From IMG/VR virus record IMGVR_UViG_3300006192_000008, positions 1 through 64,000 of that record: 64,000 bases of DNA; one strand, written 5' to 3'. The notes below the pieces were generated by a model. That model had not been told where the DNA came from, ran no database searches, and saw nothing but the letters and a program-made list of their open reading frames with translations. A program made the translations under genes and the position numbers. Positions 1 through 10,810 of this stretch are shown in pieces (position 1 is the stretch's first letter; every line of letters starts with the position of its first letter). This stretch comes from a virus.

Positions 1-85
1 CACCAACATCTCCAACTTTCATACCTTCGTGCTCTGAACGGATACGCTTCACTTTGTCGCCGATGTTGAATTTAAATTGTGTCAT
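1..85 (-). CDS. Hypothetical protein, 5' part (runs off window)
   Basis: ATG at 85 after GGAGG; MTQFKFNIGDKVKRIRSEH open to the edge. Confidence 0.7.
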   Translation of the reverse strand, partial: MTQFKFNIGDKVKRIRSEHEGMKVGDVG

Positions 86-114
86 CTGTATTTCCTCCAT
101 TGTTTACTTTGTTT

Positions 115-192
115 TGGTGGGTCTTGTCGGATTTGAACCGATCTGTCCTTCGGTTATGAGCCGAGCGCATTTACCAATTATGCTAAAGACCC
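115..192 (-). tRNA. tRNA with CAT anticodon (Ile2-like or Met)
   Basis: Acceptor stem GGGTCTT/AAGACCC, loop CTCATAA, T-loop GTTCAAATC, encoded CCA. Confidence 0.9.
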
Positions 193-197
193 TTGTT

Positions 198-275
198 TGG
201 TGCAGCTGGTGAGACTCGAACTCACACTATCAACGGTGTAGAAAACCGCTGCTTATCCAGTTAAGCTTCAACTGC
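198..275 (-). tRNA. tRNA-Arg(TCT)
   Basis: Acceptor stem GCAGTTG/CAGCTGC, anticodon arm GCGGT-TTTCTAC-ACCGT, GTTCGAGTC, CCA. Confidence 0.9.
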
Positions 276-299
276 AAATTCTGTCTTACGTTTTACAGT

Positions 300-3079
300 C
301 TAGTCCTTTTCCTCAATCTTTGCAAGCTGACTCTGCAAAAGCTGCAACAAATAATCCCTCTCAGAGGTTGGAATAAGGCTACATAGCCGACTAACCCACA
401 CTTCCAAACTCCCCACCTTAGTATCAGCCAAATACTGCTGATCTTTAGGGAATGCAGAGACTACATTCTGTGCAACAGCCTCTACATTAGCAATGATTAG
501 GCTAGAAAGCAAGTCTGATTTCTCAAACTCATGTGCTATTTCTGCTTGGATGCTTTCGGTTGTGTTGTTCATTTTATTTTGAGTCCTAGGTTTAGGGTTT
601 CAATCACAAGTTTACAATCACTCAAACCATGATTGTATCCAGCGCCCTCTACTTGTTCATAACTAGGCCCGTATTCACTATCAGGCCCACCATAGTGAGA
701 AATGTCTTGTGGTGGGAATGTAATCTCCACAAGATCAAGTGCTGCATTGAATCCTTGCCAACGTGCATCAACCCATTCTTCATTATATGAGCCATCTTTG
801 TTACGTTTCAAATACTGCCGATACTGAACATACTCATGTTCAAACAACTCCCGACGAGTGGATTCTACAGATTTGCTCATTTTATTCTCCAGTTTCGTTA
901 ATGTGCAAGCATTGTGAGGCATCTAGGAGTGGTTGTCAAGCCTCAGTGATAAGAATATTCCAGACCACTACGCTCAAGCAAAAGTTCAATAGTTTCCTTA
1001 GTGCTGTTATCGAAGATAACGTCCTCACTGTCTGAACTGTGACCATCAACTTGTTGAGCACCACTCACATGCATTTACTACACCGAACTCACGAATGTAG
1101 TTTTCAAATTCATCTGCTTTACATTGTGATGAAATCACGCCTTCAACTGGTGGAATTTCACCCGGACTTCCGTATGGGATTTTAGTCATAGAATATACAC
1201 CTCCACTATAACCTCATTATTCACATCATCCCAGCCTACGTTTTCTTGTTCCACTTTGGCAATATCCTCATAAAGCATTCCGTACTCTGGGTCATAACCT
1301 CCATATCCAACCACTCTAGCATCCTGTGGCATTTTCCGCAAGGCTTCGATTAGTTCTGATACGATCACTGTGCAGCCTCCTCAAGTTTCCTAATAAAATC
1401 ATCCAATGCTGCTGTCTGTTCTGCATTAAGCATACCACAACAAACACTAGAATGATCAGCATACTCACCATCGTCTAGATTACGAAGCATCTGATAAACA
1501 GCATTTCGTAAGTAAAGTGTATCAACTTGGATTTTCATTTGATTTCCTCGCACTCTCTAAAGCTTTCTCAAGAAATTCAACCGCTGTAGGCCAACTACCG
1601 TCTAGTATAGAGGCATTTACAGAAGCGTCAATACCCTCATTCATCCAACGATTGATAAAGTCTTCAGACACTCCCTTTTCGATTAGGTGTCTAAGGTCTT
1701 TGCAGGTTTGGCATTGGCAGGTCATGTTTAATCCTCACAAGGTATTGTCATCAATCAATCTTTGTTTTTCCAATTCCAATCTTATGTTGTTTTGTTTTAT
1801 AATAGACTCTTTTGAATCGTATTTATTAGAAATCATGCCAGAAAGTTTAAGTTTCGTGTATAAGTCTGTCCCAAACTCAGCATGAAGGTGTTTACCACAG
1901 TCTAAACATTTCGCAATGATCCAATAAGAATCGTCTTGTGAATCATAATTTCCTTTGTCAGATTTATATTCACCTTGCACAAGATCATGAGAGCATTTAT
2001 TTTGCCACTGTTTTATTTTAATCTTGTACTCTGACACTTTAGCTTCAAGGTGTGTTGTGTTAGCTCTTATAAGTTGTGCCTCTGTATGAGTCATCATTTG
2101 ATAGCTTCCTCGATAGTGTAAAAGTATTTATGCTCAGTGTCTGTATTTAGAGTTGTGCAGTAGTCGTCATCGTCCCAATCTAGATGCACATCACCTTCAC
2201 GTTTTACGCCAATTGTTGGATAAGGGCCATAAGAGACAATAAACCCTTGAATAGTTCCATCAGGATAGCGTTTATAAATCTTCTGACCTTTTACAAGAGT
2301 GTCTTTGTTAATCATTTCCCAGCCCCCCAAATTTCTAGCGCCTCAATAAAATGTTCCCAACTCCCTACGCTATCATGTAGAAAATCCTCCTGCACCAAAC
2401 CGCTGATTAAGTATACAGCATTCCAGTCGTAGTATTCTCCGTTGTGTTTGATCATTTCAAACCCGCCTTTGTCAGTAGGAAAGATGCCCAACAGGCATTC
2501 TGATAGGCCGTATGACCTTCCCGCCCGTAAGCTGCAATAATTTCATATTTAAGTTTCAATACATCAGAGTAAGGAATAAATGTCTGAGCTTTGTTCTGCT
2601 GGACAAGCTTAGGCAACTCTCCTGCTACAGTTGTGTACATGTTTAGTTGTGTGATCATTTCCCGTAAGCCTCCATCAAATAACTAGCAATCTCATAATAA
2701 TTCTCTCGTGCTGCTCCACTTCCTGCCCAAGAATGAGTGCCTACAGATTTACCATTTCTTGTGTAGCAATGAATCCCATGTGTACGACCTACATCAATTC
2801 CTGTCAGCTCAGCTTCGATCTTACCGATGATTGTGTAGAATGTCAATTCGTCTGTTTGTGTGGTGTTCAATTGAAATACACTCCATTTATAAGTGATAAG
2901 GCTTGATCTTCGTTCATCCATTGAAGAGTTTCTGAACAATCATTACAACCAAGAAAGTAAACAGTTTTAATATCGTGCATGCGCAAGCGACCATCTTGAA
3001 TGTCTGAATGTTTCTCATGGTAAGAGAACCACTGAATATCATCGCCACCACAGTTATTACAATCAGTGATCCGCTTCAT
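300..3079 (-). CDS. Cluster of small hypothetical phage genes (300-572, 569-~879, 1186-1368, 1365-1553, 1522-1725, 1735-2097, 2094-2330, 2452-2658, 2655-~2870, 2867-3079)
   Basis: Tightly packed same-strand ORFs with overlapping stop/start codons and purine-rich RBSs; no family recognised. Confidence 0.7.
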
Positions 3080-3227
3080 TTGCCTTCTCCTATCTTAGTC
3101 TGCACAAGATGCACTTTATCGCTAATTAACAAATGCATTCCTTTGTCAAGAGCTGCATTCAATGCTTGAGATTTAGTATCACCTTCTGAGCATCGTTTGT
3201 AAACACCATTTATGTAGATTGCGTAGA

Positions 3228-4223
3228 TCATTTGGTTCTAATGCCTCCGTTTCTCTCATAGATTTCTATAATCTTTTCCAAATTATAGACCCAAGTTGTC
3301 TCAGACCAGCCGTCTTTCATATCTCTTTTCAAGACTACTCCACATTCCAACTCTTGTAAACACTCTCTTTCTGCTTTCTTGCAAGAAATTGTATCAGGGA
3401 ATTTGTGTATACTGTGCTGTTCTAGACTGTATAAAGCCTTTGAGTTCTGCTGTTTAATGCGGACTTCGCTGTTGTTAGCTATGCCAAATTTAATCGCCAC
3501 GGCGTGTTTGTGTTCATCGAGCAACCAATTTATATAACACTCTTGCTGCCTATGGTTTGAGCAGGCACAAGGACGATAACCATTCTGTAAATTACCACTT
3601 ACACTAGTTCCGGTTCCTCCACAAAGTGGGCAGTGTACATCCCAGTATGGATAATAACCATTAGCGTTTGTTCTATCACTTCTATAAAACCTAGTCTCGG
3701 ATGGGAAAGCTCCAGAAGCAAAGAATGAGGCAATCATAACTTCGTCAGCCTTCCTTGTCATGCCACCCTTACAGGAGGGGCAACCATTACTCTGATGTAA
3801 GAGGCTGGTTATTGTACCGGTGACCCATTCACCATGCTCCTTACAGTTCAGGATAATCCCCGTCCCGCACCCATTCCAAGGTTCAATAAAGTCTAGGAAT
3901 TTATATCCAATTTCATCAGCTTTACGACTACATAATGTTTTGTACTGAGGGATACTCCAGTCACTTCTATCACTGCAACCACATGGGATAGATTTCATAT
4001 TAATTAGTCGTCCTTTCTTTCTACTGAAGTATCCTTCACCAAACAACTCCGTGTCTTTAGAGCAGTTGTTGCATTTGAGCACATACATCTTAGCCCCAAA
4101 GTTATCTCTACCACTCCAGCCAATAACAGCTAATTGCCCATCTTCCCCAAACCTTGGTTTTGTTAAAGACCACTCATCTTGTTGTAGTCCGTAGTTAGGG
4201 TCTAACACATCTTCTAAATTCAT
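3228..4223 (-). CDS. Putative homing endonuclease: Zn-binding repeats plus C-terminal GIY-YIG-superfamily (T5orf172-like) domain
   Basis: Several CxxC motifs; C-terminal CYI...IKFGIA...RIKQQN...AE...GWSET pattern. Confidence 0.7.
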   Translation of the reverse strand: MNLEDVLDPNYGLQQDEWSLTKPRFGEDGQLAVIGWSGRDNFGAKMYVLKCNNCSKDTELFGEGYFSRKKGRLINMKSIPCGCSDRSDWSIPQYKTLCSRKADEIGYKFLDFIEPWNGCGTGIILNCKEHGEWVTGTITSLLHQSNGCPSCKGGMTRKADEVMIASFFASGAFPSETRFYRSDRTNANGYYPYWDVHCPLCGGTGTSVSGNLQNGYRPCACSNHRQQECYINWLLDEHKHAVAIKFGIANNSEVRIKQQNSKALYSLEQHSIHKFPDTISCKKAERECLQELECGVVLKRDMKDGWSETTWVYNLEKIIEIYERNGGIRTK

Positions 4224-4261
4224 TAATCACCTTATCTCTTATTACTATCTAATATATCTAT

Positions 4262-4633
4262 TGTCTTAGATCAAGCTTAGGAAAGATAGATCAACCCTAT
4301 GGAAAGGCCATACAGGAACTACCTGCCTAAGACCTAACCGTAGTCTATCTCTCCCAAGCTGTCAACGATTCATTGTCTTGAGTCGCGCTTGAGGCTGCTG
4401 TGTAGCAGAACGCTTCGTATTAATAGAAGCAGATTAGTCATCATTCCACAAACAAAGATTTCTCCTTGCGTTGCGTCAACACCATCGCTATAATGACCTT
4501 CGATTCAGCTTGCTCTAGATGGTTTACCTCTTCGACTGAGCTTTAAGCTAGGTGCGGTGAGTGATCCTTACGGAGACATATCTTTCCTAGCCGAGCTGAA
4601 TCAAGTGCCATCTCTGTTAAATGACTCAACGGC
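4262..4633 (-). ncRNA. Candidate structured RNA or long 5' leader
   Basis: No ORF of 60 aa or more; nested helices with G-U pairs valid only on the minus strand; promoter directly upstream. Confidence 0.6.
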
Positions 4634-4637
4634 AACC

Positions 4638-4665
4638 ATTCTACACGAGATTTTCAATAATGCAA
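4638..4665 (-). promoter_or_regulatory. sigma70-like leftward promoter
   Basis: TTGCAT-N16-TAGAAT. Confidence 0.65.
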
Positions 4666-4698
4666 TAGGCTTGTGAAAATAAATTTATAGAAATTCAC

Positions 4699-4726
4699 TT
4701 GACTCTCACCTACAAGGGTGTAGAAT
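4699..4726 (+). promoter_or_regulatory. sigma70-like rightward promoter
   Basis: TTGACT-N16-TAGAAT ahead of the rightward gene block. Confidence 0.75.
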
Positions 4727-4761
4727 CACTCCCATCAACACAAACAACGTAGGAGATTGAG

Positions 4762-6367
4762 ATGATTGAAGTTACAGATGACTATGTGAAATTGGGTGAC
4801 ATTGTGGTTCCTCATAATGAGTTTGTGTGGCGTTCCTGTACAAATCGCCATACGACGACCTATGGTAATTCTTGGGGTTGGATTGAGAATGCTCCCGGTA
4901 ATGTCTGCTGGAGCAATGATCCGAAGGAGAAGCTTGATAGTAAACAAGCCCAAGCTCTAGTAAGTGCTCACAACAAATGGCTAGAAGACATTCAGCCTAT
5001 CCAGCTTAAAATTATCAAAGCCAAGAAAGCTGTAAAAGACCTTACACAAACCTTCAAGGAAAAGGAGCAAGCCTACTTGAAGGCTAAGGAGATGCTTGAG
5101 AAAGCTAAAGATAGTCTTGCTGAGCTTTTGGAAAGAATGTAGCAGTTAGGCTACAATTTCGCCCAATAACACCTAAATTGTAGCCCAAGAGTGCAATAAA
5201 TGTTGCACAGGCATAACAAAGACATTAGAATGTTTCGCATACAGAACACAAAGGAGAGGAATGGTGGACACAAACTTTAAGGCAATACCACAGGTTGACA
5301 AGGAATACATGGTCTTTGAGCACATCAATGGTCAGTACGAGCAGTTGACCGTGGTGCTTCCTCTACGAAAGGCTCAGGACTATATGCAGAATGCTTGCAT
5401 TCGCCATGGAACAAAGTATATTCTTACAGAGGTTGTTCAGTATAAGTATGTGAAAGAGGATTGAGCTATCACCGCCCACAAACCCATAGCGATAATCAAT
5501 TAGACGTTGCAGGAATGTGTGGTAGGATACCAGCGTATGAAATAGAGTTGTTGGGGGATGAAGGTAAATTGAGGAGAAATGAGATGAACAAAGTTCAAGC
5601 AGCGGATTTAATCTTGGCTTTAGATAAATACGCCCGAGGCGTTTGTCGGTATGAGTATGGACTGCCCACTTATGATAATAACTATGGGGGCATGGAAGAT
5701 TATATGAGCAATATGATTCAGATTGTCTTGGCTGCTGTTAATAAGGAGAATCAAGAATGAAATTCACCAAAGATCAAGCTCTAGCAATCATGGGATTTAC
5801 AGGCTTCACCACTACAAATTTCAGTACATTCCATGAGGATGTTGAGAAGCGTATTGGTCATCCTGTATGGACACACCAGTTTGCAGATGAGGAGTTTTCT
5901 GATAAAGTGAAAGCTCTGTATAAAGATGATTTTCTTTCATTTTGTGAGGAGTATAAATGATGAACGACTACGAAACACGCGAACGCATCCTCTCAGAAGC
6001 TCTAGAGGAACTAAAGCAGAAAGTAGGCTCTGAGCTGAACAGCATTATGGGCAACCTGTATTCTGATTATCTCCCTCACGTTGTAGGTGACACAGATGCT
6101 AATATTAGCTATCGTGTAGAAGGGTGTATTAAGAATATTCTTCAGGGGAAGATTCACACTGACGAAGATTATCCCAATCTATGCTGGGTTGATGATAGTT
6201 ATGGTGGTCGCCATATAATCAGTTTATCACCACACAGTCTTGACTTGAAACCTCTTGCTGATATTATGGGTGAAACGATTCAGACTAACAGAATTAAACA
6301 GCTTGAGCAGGAAGTGGAGAGCTTGAAGACTCAGCTTAAGAATGCTTATGAATATCGGAGTTATTAA
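4762..6367 (+). CDS. Small hypothetical genes (4762-5142, 5261-5464, ~5584-5760, 5757-5960, 5957-6367)
   Basis: ORFs with AGGAG RBSs and coupled stops/starts. Confidence 0.75.
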
Positions 6368-6369
6368 AT

Positions 6370-7011
6370 ATGAAAAATGGTAGAGTTGATTACGATAAAA
6401 TTATTGACGGAAAGTACATCCGATCTTTTGTGGCGGGTGCAGTTTGTTATCATACAAGAGCTGGCATTCTGTGGTCTTCTATGATACAAAGAGTTAGGAC
6501 GGGAAGCAGTGCTCAAACTGACAGAAATTTATACTCAGGTACTTCACAAGAATTTGGAGATTTTAATTCTTTTGCAATTTGGTGCAACAACCAAAAAGGT
6601 TATTTGAATAAAGATAGTAATAATAAGTTTTGGTCATTAGATAAAGATATTATATTACCCTTCAATAAAGTCTACTCAGAAGATACTTGTGCTTTTGTTC
6701 CAAATGAACTTAATTGTTTACTAACATATAGTTCTAAAACGAGAGGTGAGTATCCCCTAGGTGTACACTTCGATAAGAGGGGGCAGAAGTTTGCGGCACA
6801 AGCTAGTTTGAACGGAACTAGAAAATTCCTGGGCTATTCTACAAATGCCATGACTGCGCATCGCGCATACCAAGTATTTAAGATAGATAAATTTTCAGAA
6901 ATGATAGTAAAATATGAAGGGTTGGTTGATTCTCGCGTAATTAGTGGACTAGAGTTGCACAAACAGCTTTTTATAGAAGATATAATTAATTTTAAGGAGA
7001 CAATTCGATGA
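6370..7011 (+). CDS. HNH-type homing endonuclease with AP2-like C-terminus
   Basis: WSLDKDI...VYSEDTCAFVPNELN...YPLGV...FLG...AHRAY; AT-rich. Confidence 0.75.
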   Translation: MKNGRVDYDKIIDGKYIRSFVAGAVCYHTRAGILWSSMIQRVRTGSSAQTDRNLYSGTSQEFGDFNSFAIWCNNQKGYLNKDSNNKFWSLDKDIILPFNKVYSEDTCAFVPNELNCLLTYSSKTRGEYPLGVHFDKRGQKFAAQASLNGTRKFLGYSTNAMTAHRAYQVFKIDKFSEMIVKYEGLVDSRVISGLELHKQLFIEDIINFKETIR

Positions 7012-8262
7012 ATTTGGAAAATATTACAGAGGAAGAACTTATTGAACTTTACCATAATCAAGCTCGGAACATGTCATACTATGCGGCGGCAGAAGGCCAA
7101 TCATGGTATGCTGAAGCCAGTGATCGTGAAGCTTGCTCTGCTGAGTTTAGGAAAATTAATGAAGAGCTTAAGCGCAGAAATCTACCTATTCCACAAGGGA
7201 ATTACTTGGTATGACATATGACCCAGAAAATTGCTCAATTGTCCTGACGGACCACAATGGTAAAGAATACTGCATTACAGGATTTGCTGATGCTGACTTG
7301 AAATTTGAACAGATGTGGCACAGAATTATCAATGTTCAAGACGATGGTTCATACCTTGTCTATTGCATGGACAATAATTTCTGTGGTAGCACTATACATT
7401 TCACAAAAGAAATGTATCATAAGCACATAAAGGATTTGAAGCCTAGTGTTGAGAGTCCGTTTAAGTTTAATAAGGTTGATCTATGAGAAACCCTGTGAAG
7501 CGTCATATGCACAAGTCTGTAAGAGCCTCTGTGGAGGCTTCTAAGCGACGTTCGTTGCAAAGTGAGGCTACCCTACAGGAAATGTCTGAATCGCTCTTAA
7601 ACGATGCTGTAGAGCCTCAAACAATCACTTTTGAGAGCGGTTCTGAGGTGCATTGGGATTATTCAGAAGATTCTTTACAAGGTTGTATGAATGATGTAGG
7701 ATCAAGTAGTATTTCGATTGATTGTGAGGAGGATTGAGATGAGCTATGCAAAACTTGCACCCAGTGGACGTATTATTCCCTCTGTAGAACATTGTGGAGA
7801 GCTTCAGTGGAAGCTACGTTATGCACAAGACAGCTTGACAAAGCAGGATATGTTGGTGATTGCTCATTATTTATCTCAGTACGCAGCATTTCATGAGCAG
7901 ACTAATAAACATAGGAATGAATGGTTTAAAGAATATAAATTGGTTTGGGAGAATGAGTGATGAACAAACAATATGAACTATACATTGACAGCTTTACATT
8001 CTTTGTTAATGTAACAGGCTACTGGCACCAACCAGCTCTAGGCCCATCAGCGGATAATGACGTAGATTGCTATGGGTATACAGAGGTTGATTGGGATGTC
8101 ACTAGCGTGACATATTGCGATGAAGATGGGAATGAATTTGAAACTACTGTAGATATTGAAGAATATTCTGAATTGATTGAAGAGAAGCTTCTTGAGATTA
8201 GGAAGGATGAGGTAGACAGTCAGGATTATGATGACTTTGATGATGGTTATGATGGGTATTAA
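7008..8262 (+). CDS. Small hypothetical genes (7008-7214, 7211-7486, 7483-7737, ~7739-7960, 7957-8262)
   Basis: Contiguous coupled ORFs. Confidence 0.7.
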
Positions 8263-8478
8263 GGAGAATAAATAATGGGTTGGACATATGAAGTTACTAA
8301 GTTTGTAAAAGTTGACAACTATTATCAAGACGTGTTTGAATATCGAGGAGAAAGCTTATTGAAAGCTATTCTTGCTATTCTACGAGCACGGAAAGAGAGT
8401 GGGTGTGTTACGTTTACTTGGAGAGGTTGATGGGTATTGAGGATGGTAAGCTAGAGATTTTTGGATAGTTGTGTTTGG

Positions 8479-9076
8479 GTAATTAATTGGAGGAAGAGAT
8501 AGTGGGACTTTGTATTATTCCGATAACTTTTAAAAAGGCATGTGAATTTGTAACTAGTCTTCACAGGCATAATAAAGCCCCTCGTGGGCATAAGTTCAGT
8601 ATAGGTTTAGTTAATGAGGAAAAGCAGTTAGTTGGGGTGGCAATGGCTGGCCGACCAGTTTCTAGACATTTTGATAATGGTTTAACTTTGGAAGTAAATA
8701 GGACTTGCACAGACGGGACAAAAAATGCAAACTCTATGCTATATGGTGCTATCTGGAGAGCTGCCAAAGCAATGGGTTACGTTAGGTGTATAACATATAC
8801 ACAATCAGAGGAAACGGGAGCATCTCTAAGAGCCGCAGGATGGGTAAAAGTGAGAGAAATTAAAGCTAGAAAGTCATGGGCTGAAAGCAGTACAGGAGAG
8901 TATGCAAAAATGAGGGACCCCATTGGTAATGGGGGAGTTGAAAGGGTTTTGTGGGAAATAGTTTCTAGTAAGAACCTTTTAGAAAGCTCTACTGTCGGGC
9001 TTGTTGAGTAGTAATACTAGAGATTATTACTTCATATCAATTTAGGTATAAAGAGCTTTGTAATTAATTGGAGGAA
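8479..9076 (+). repeat. 17-bp direct repeat GTAATTAATTGGAGGAA (8479-8495 and 9060-9076)
   Basis: Identical copies flank the Mom-like gene. Confidence 0.85.
8502..9011 (+). CDS. XF1762-family / Mom-like GNAT-fold protein
   Basis: HRHNKAPRGHKFSIG, GVAMAGRPVSR, LEVNRTCTDG, ITYT...E.GASLRAAGW motifs; GTG start after GGAGG. Confidence 0.7.
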   Translation: MGLCIIPITFKKACEFVTSLHRHNKAPRGHKFSIGLVNEEKQLVGVAMAGRPVSRHFDNGLTLEVNRTCTDGTKNANSMLYGAIWRAAKAMGYVRCITYTQSEETGASLRAAGWVKVREIKARKSWAESSTGEYAKMRDPIGNGGVERVLWEIVSSKNLLESSTVGLVE

Positions 9077-9081
9077 ATAAA

Positions 9082-10800
9082 TTGGCTTGTGTAACTAAGA
9101 TTAAACATGATGTACCACATTGCACAGCAGATAAGGGTTTGCAAGTATTCTACGACGATGGCAAGAATACTTTTACGGGCTACTGTTTTAGCTGTGCAGC
9201 TAAAGGCTTAGAGGCTTATGTCTCCGACCCTTATAATGGGAAACTCCCAGCTCCACCAAAGCGTAAGTCTGAGGATGAAGTCTTTGAAGAGATTCAGGAG
9301 ATTCGTAATCTAAAATCTCCTCGTGAAGAGCATCGTGGGATTGCACCAGAATACTTTGCTCGGGCTGGGATTAAACTGGCATACAGTGAGTATGACGGCA
9401 AAACTCCATTTACATTCAACTTCCCTTACACAATTGATGCCAAGCTTGTTGGTTACAAAGCTATCATGCTTGATAAGAAAGCTATGTGGTCTATTGGTGA
9501 TATTAAGGGAGCTGATCTGTTTAACTGGGAGATTGCCAAGAAGAATGCCAGCGGCCCTAAGCCTCGTCTTTATGTGACAGAAGGTGAATGGGATTGCCGA
9601 GCACTAGAGCAGATGCTTGAAGCTCATGCAGCTAAGCGTAAGAGTGCTTACAACAAGTTCTCTGTTACAAGCCTCCCGCATGGTGTTGGAAGTGCCGTCA
9701 CAACTCTCGGTCGCATGCGTAAAGAGATTGATAAATTCTTTACTGAAATTGTGCTAGTGTTCGACAGTGATGAAGCCGGACTTAAAGCTGTAAAAGATGT
9801 ACAGAAGATTCTGCCAGACGTTAAGACTGTAACCTACCCAACCAATGCCAAAGATGCAAACGAGGCTTTGTTAAAAGGTGATGGTGATTTGTTTGCGGAT
9901 TTCTGTATTTGGAAGAGCGCAAAACCTGTTACTGAAGGTGTTGTTAGTGTTGGTACAGTGCTCAGTCGTGACCTTGAGCCTCCACAACCGGGCTTCTCCT
10001 ATCCTTGGCAAGCATTTACGGACATGAACTGCACCCAGCGAATGGGTGAGGCTACGTGTACCGCCGCTGGCGTTGGTCTGGGTAAGACTTTGATTGCTCA
10101 CATGAAGCATGCACACAATATTATTGAACACAAGGAGAAGACATTTCTTGTTTTGTTGGAGGAACCAAACCGAACAACTTTGTATAACATGGCAGGTAAG
10201 ATTGATGGGATTCCATACCACGTACCAAGCATCCATGAGAAACATCGTGAGCAGTATCTTGAAACGGCATACAGTCTGGAAGGTAAATTGTTCCTGTGGG
10301 AAAGTGAAGGTCAAGCGGCACACAATCGCTTTGACATTGAAGAGATTGTAAAAGCTGTTCGTTACAATACAATGGAGTATGGTGTAAGATTCCATGCAAT
10401 TGACAACATGACACGTTTGGTTGATCACCTTTCCACTGGTGAAGCTAATGAGTTTATCAACAAGTGGTCTAGTGAGCTTGCAAACCTAGCTGCTGAGCTA
10501 AACATTCACATTGACCTCTACAGTCACCTTAACCCACCAAAGGGTAAGGATTCTAGGGATCATGAGAATGGTGGTGAAGTGCTGGCTAGTCAGTTGACGG
10601 GTAGTCGTGGTATTATGCGTGCTTTCCCACTGATTATGAGTTTTGAACGTAACAAGCATGCACAAGGTGACTTGAAAGCAAACAGCTTCTTGGGTTGTAT
10701 CAAGAACCGTATGTTTGGTGGTGAAGATAAGTTCAAGACACGTTACGAGCAAAGTACAGGCCGACTCCTTCAATACGAGTGGGAAGGCGATTCACTATAA
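9082..10800 (+). CDS. DNA primase-helicase (T7 gp4-like)
   Basis: N-terminal Zn site, TOPRIM VTEGEWD/FDSDEAG, Walker A GVGLGKT, KNR motif. Confidence 0.95.
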   Translation: MACVTKIKHDVPHCTADKGLQVFYDDGKNTFTGYCFSCAAKGLEAYVSDPYNGKLPAPPKRKSEDEVFEEIQEIRNLKSPREEHRGIAPEYFARAGIKLAYSEYDGKTPFTFNFPYTIDAKLVGYKAIMLDKKAMWSIGDIKGADLFNWEIAKKNASGPKPRLYVTEGEWDCRALEQMLEAHAAKRKSAYNKFSVTSLPHGVGSAVTTLGRMRKEIDKFFTEIVLVFDSDEAGLKAVKDVQKILPDVKTVTYPTNAKDANEALLKGDGDLFADFCIWKSAKPVTEGVVSVGTVLSRDLEPPQPGFSYPWQAFTDMNCTQRMGEATCTAAGVGLGKTLIAHMKHAHNIIEHKEKTFLVLLEEPNRTTLYNMAGKIDGIPYHVPSIHEKHREQYLETAYSLEGKLFLWESEGQAAHNRFDIEEIVKAVRYNTMEYGVRFHAIDNMTRLVDHLSTGEANEFINKWSSELANLAAELNIHIDLYSHLNPPKGKDSRDHENGGEVLASQLTGSRGIMRAFPLIMSFERNKHAQGDLKANSFLGCIKNRMFGGEDKFKTRYEQSTGRLLQYEWEGDSL

Positions 10801-10810
10801 GGAGGCTGTT

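Noticed and set aside
198-275. Possible amber suppressor tRNA (CTA in the loop)
   Set aside because: The stem register places TCT at positions 34-36; TAG is used as a normal stop in this genome
5148-5186. 11-bp inverted repeat GGCTACAATTT/AAATTGTAGCC
   Set aside because: Single occurrence after a stop codon; most simply a terminator or processing hairpin
10715-10810. N-terminal extension of the polymerase overlapping the helicase
   Set aside because: GGAGG followed by TTG at 10811 is the more plausible start
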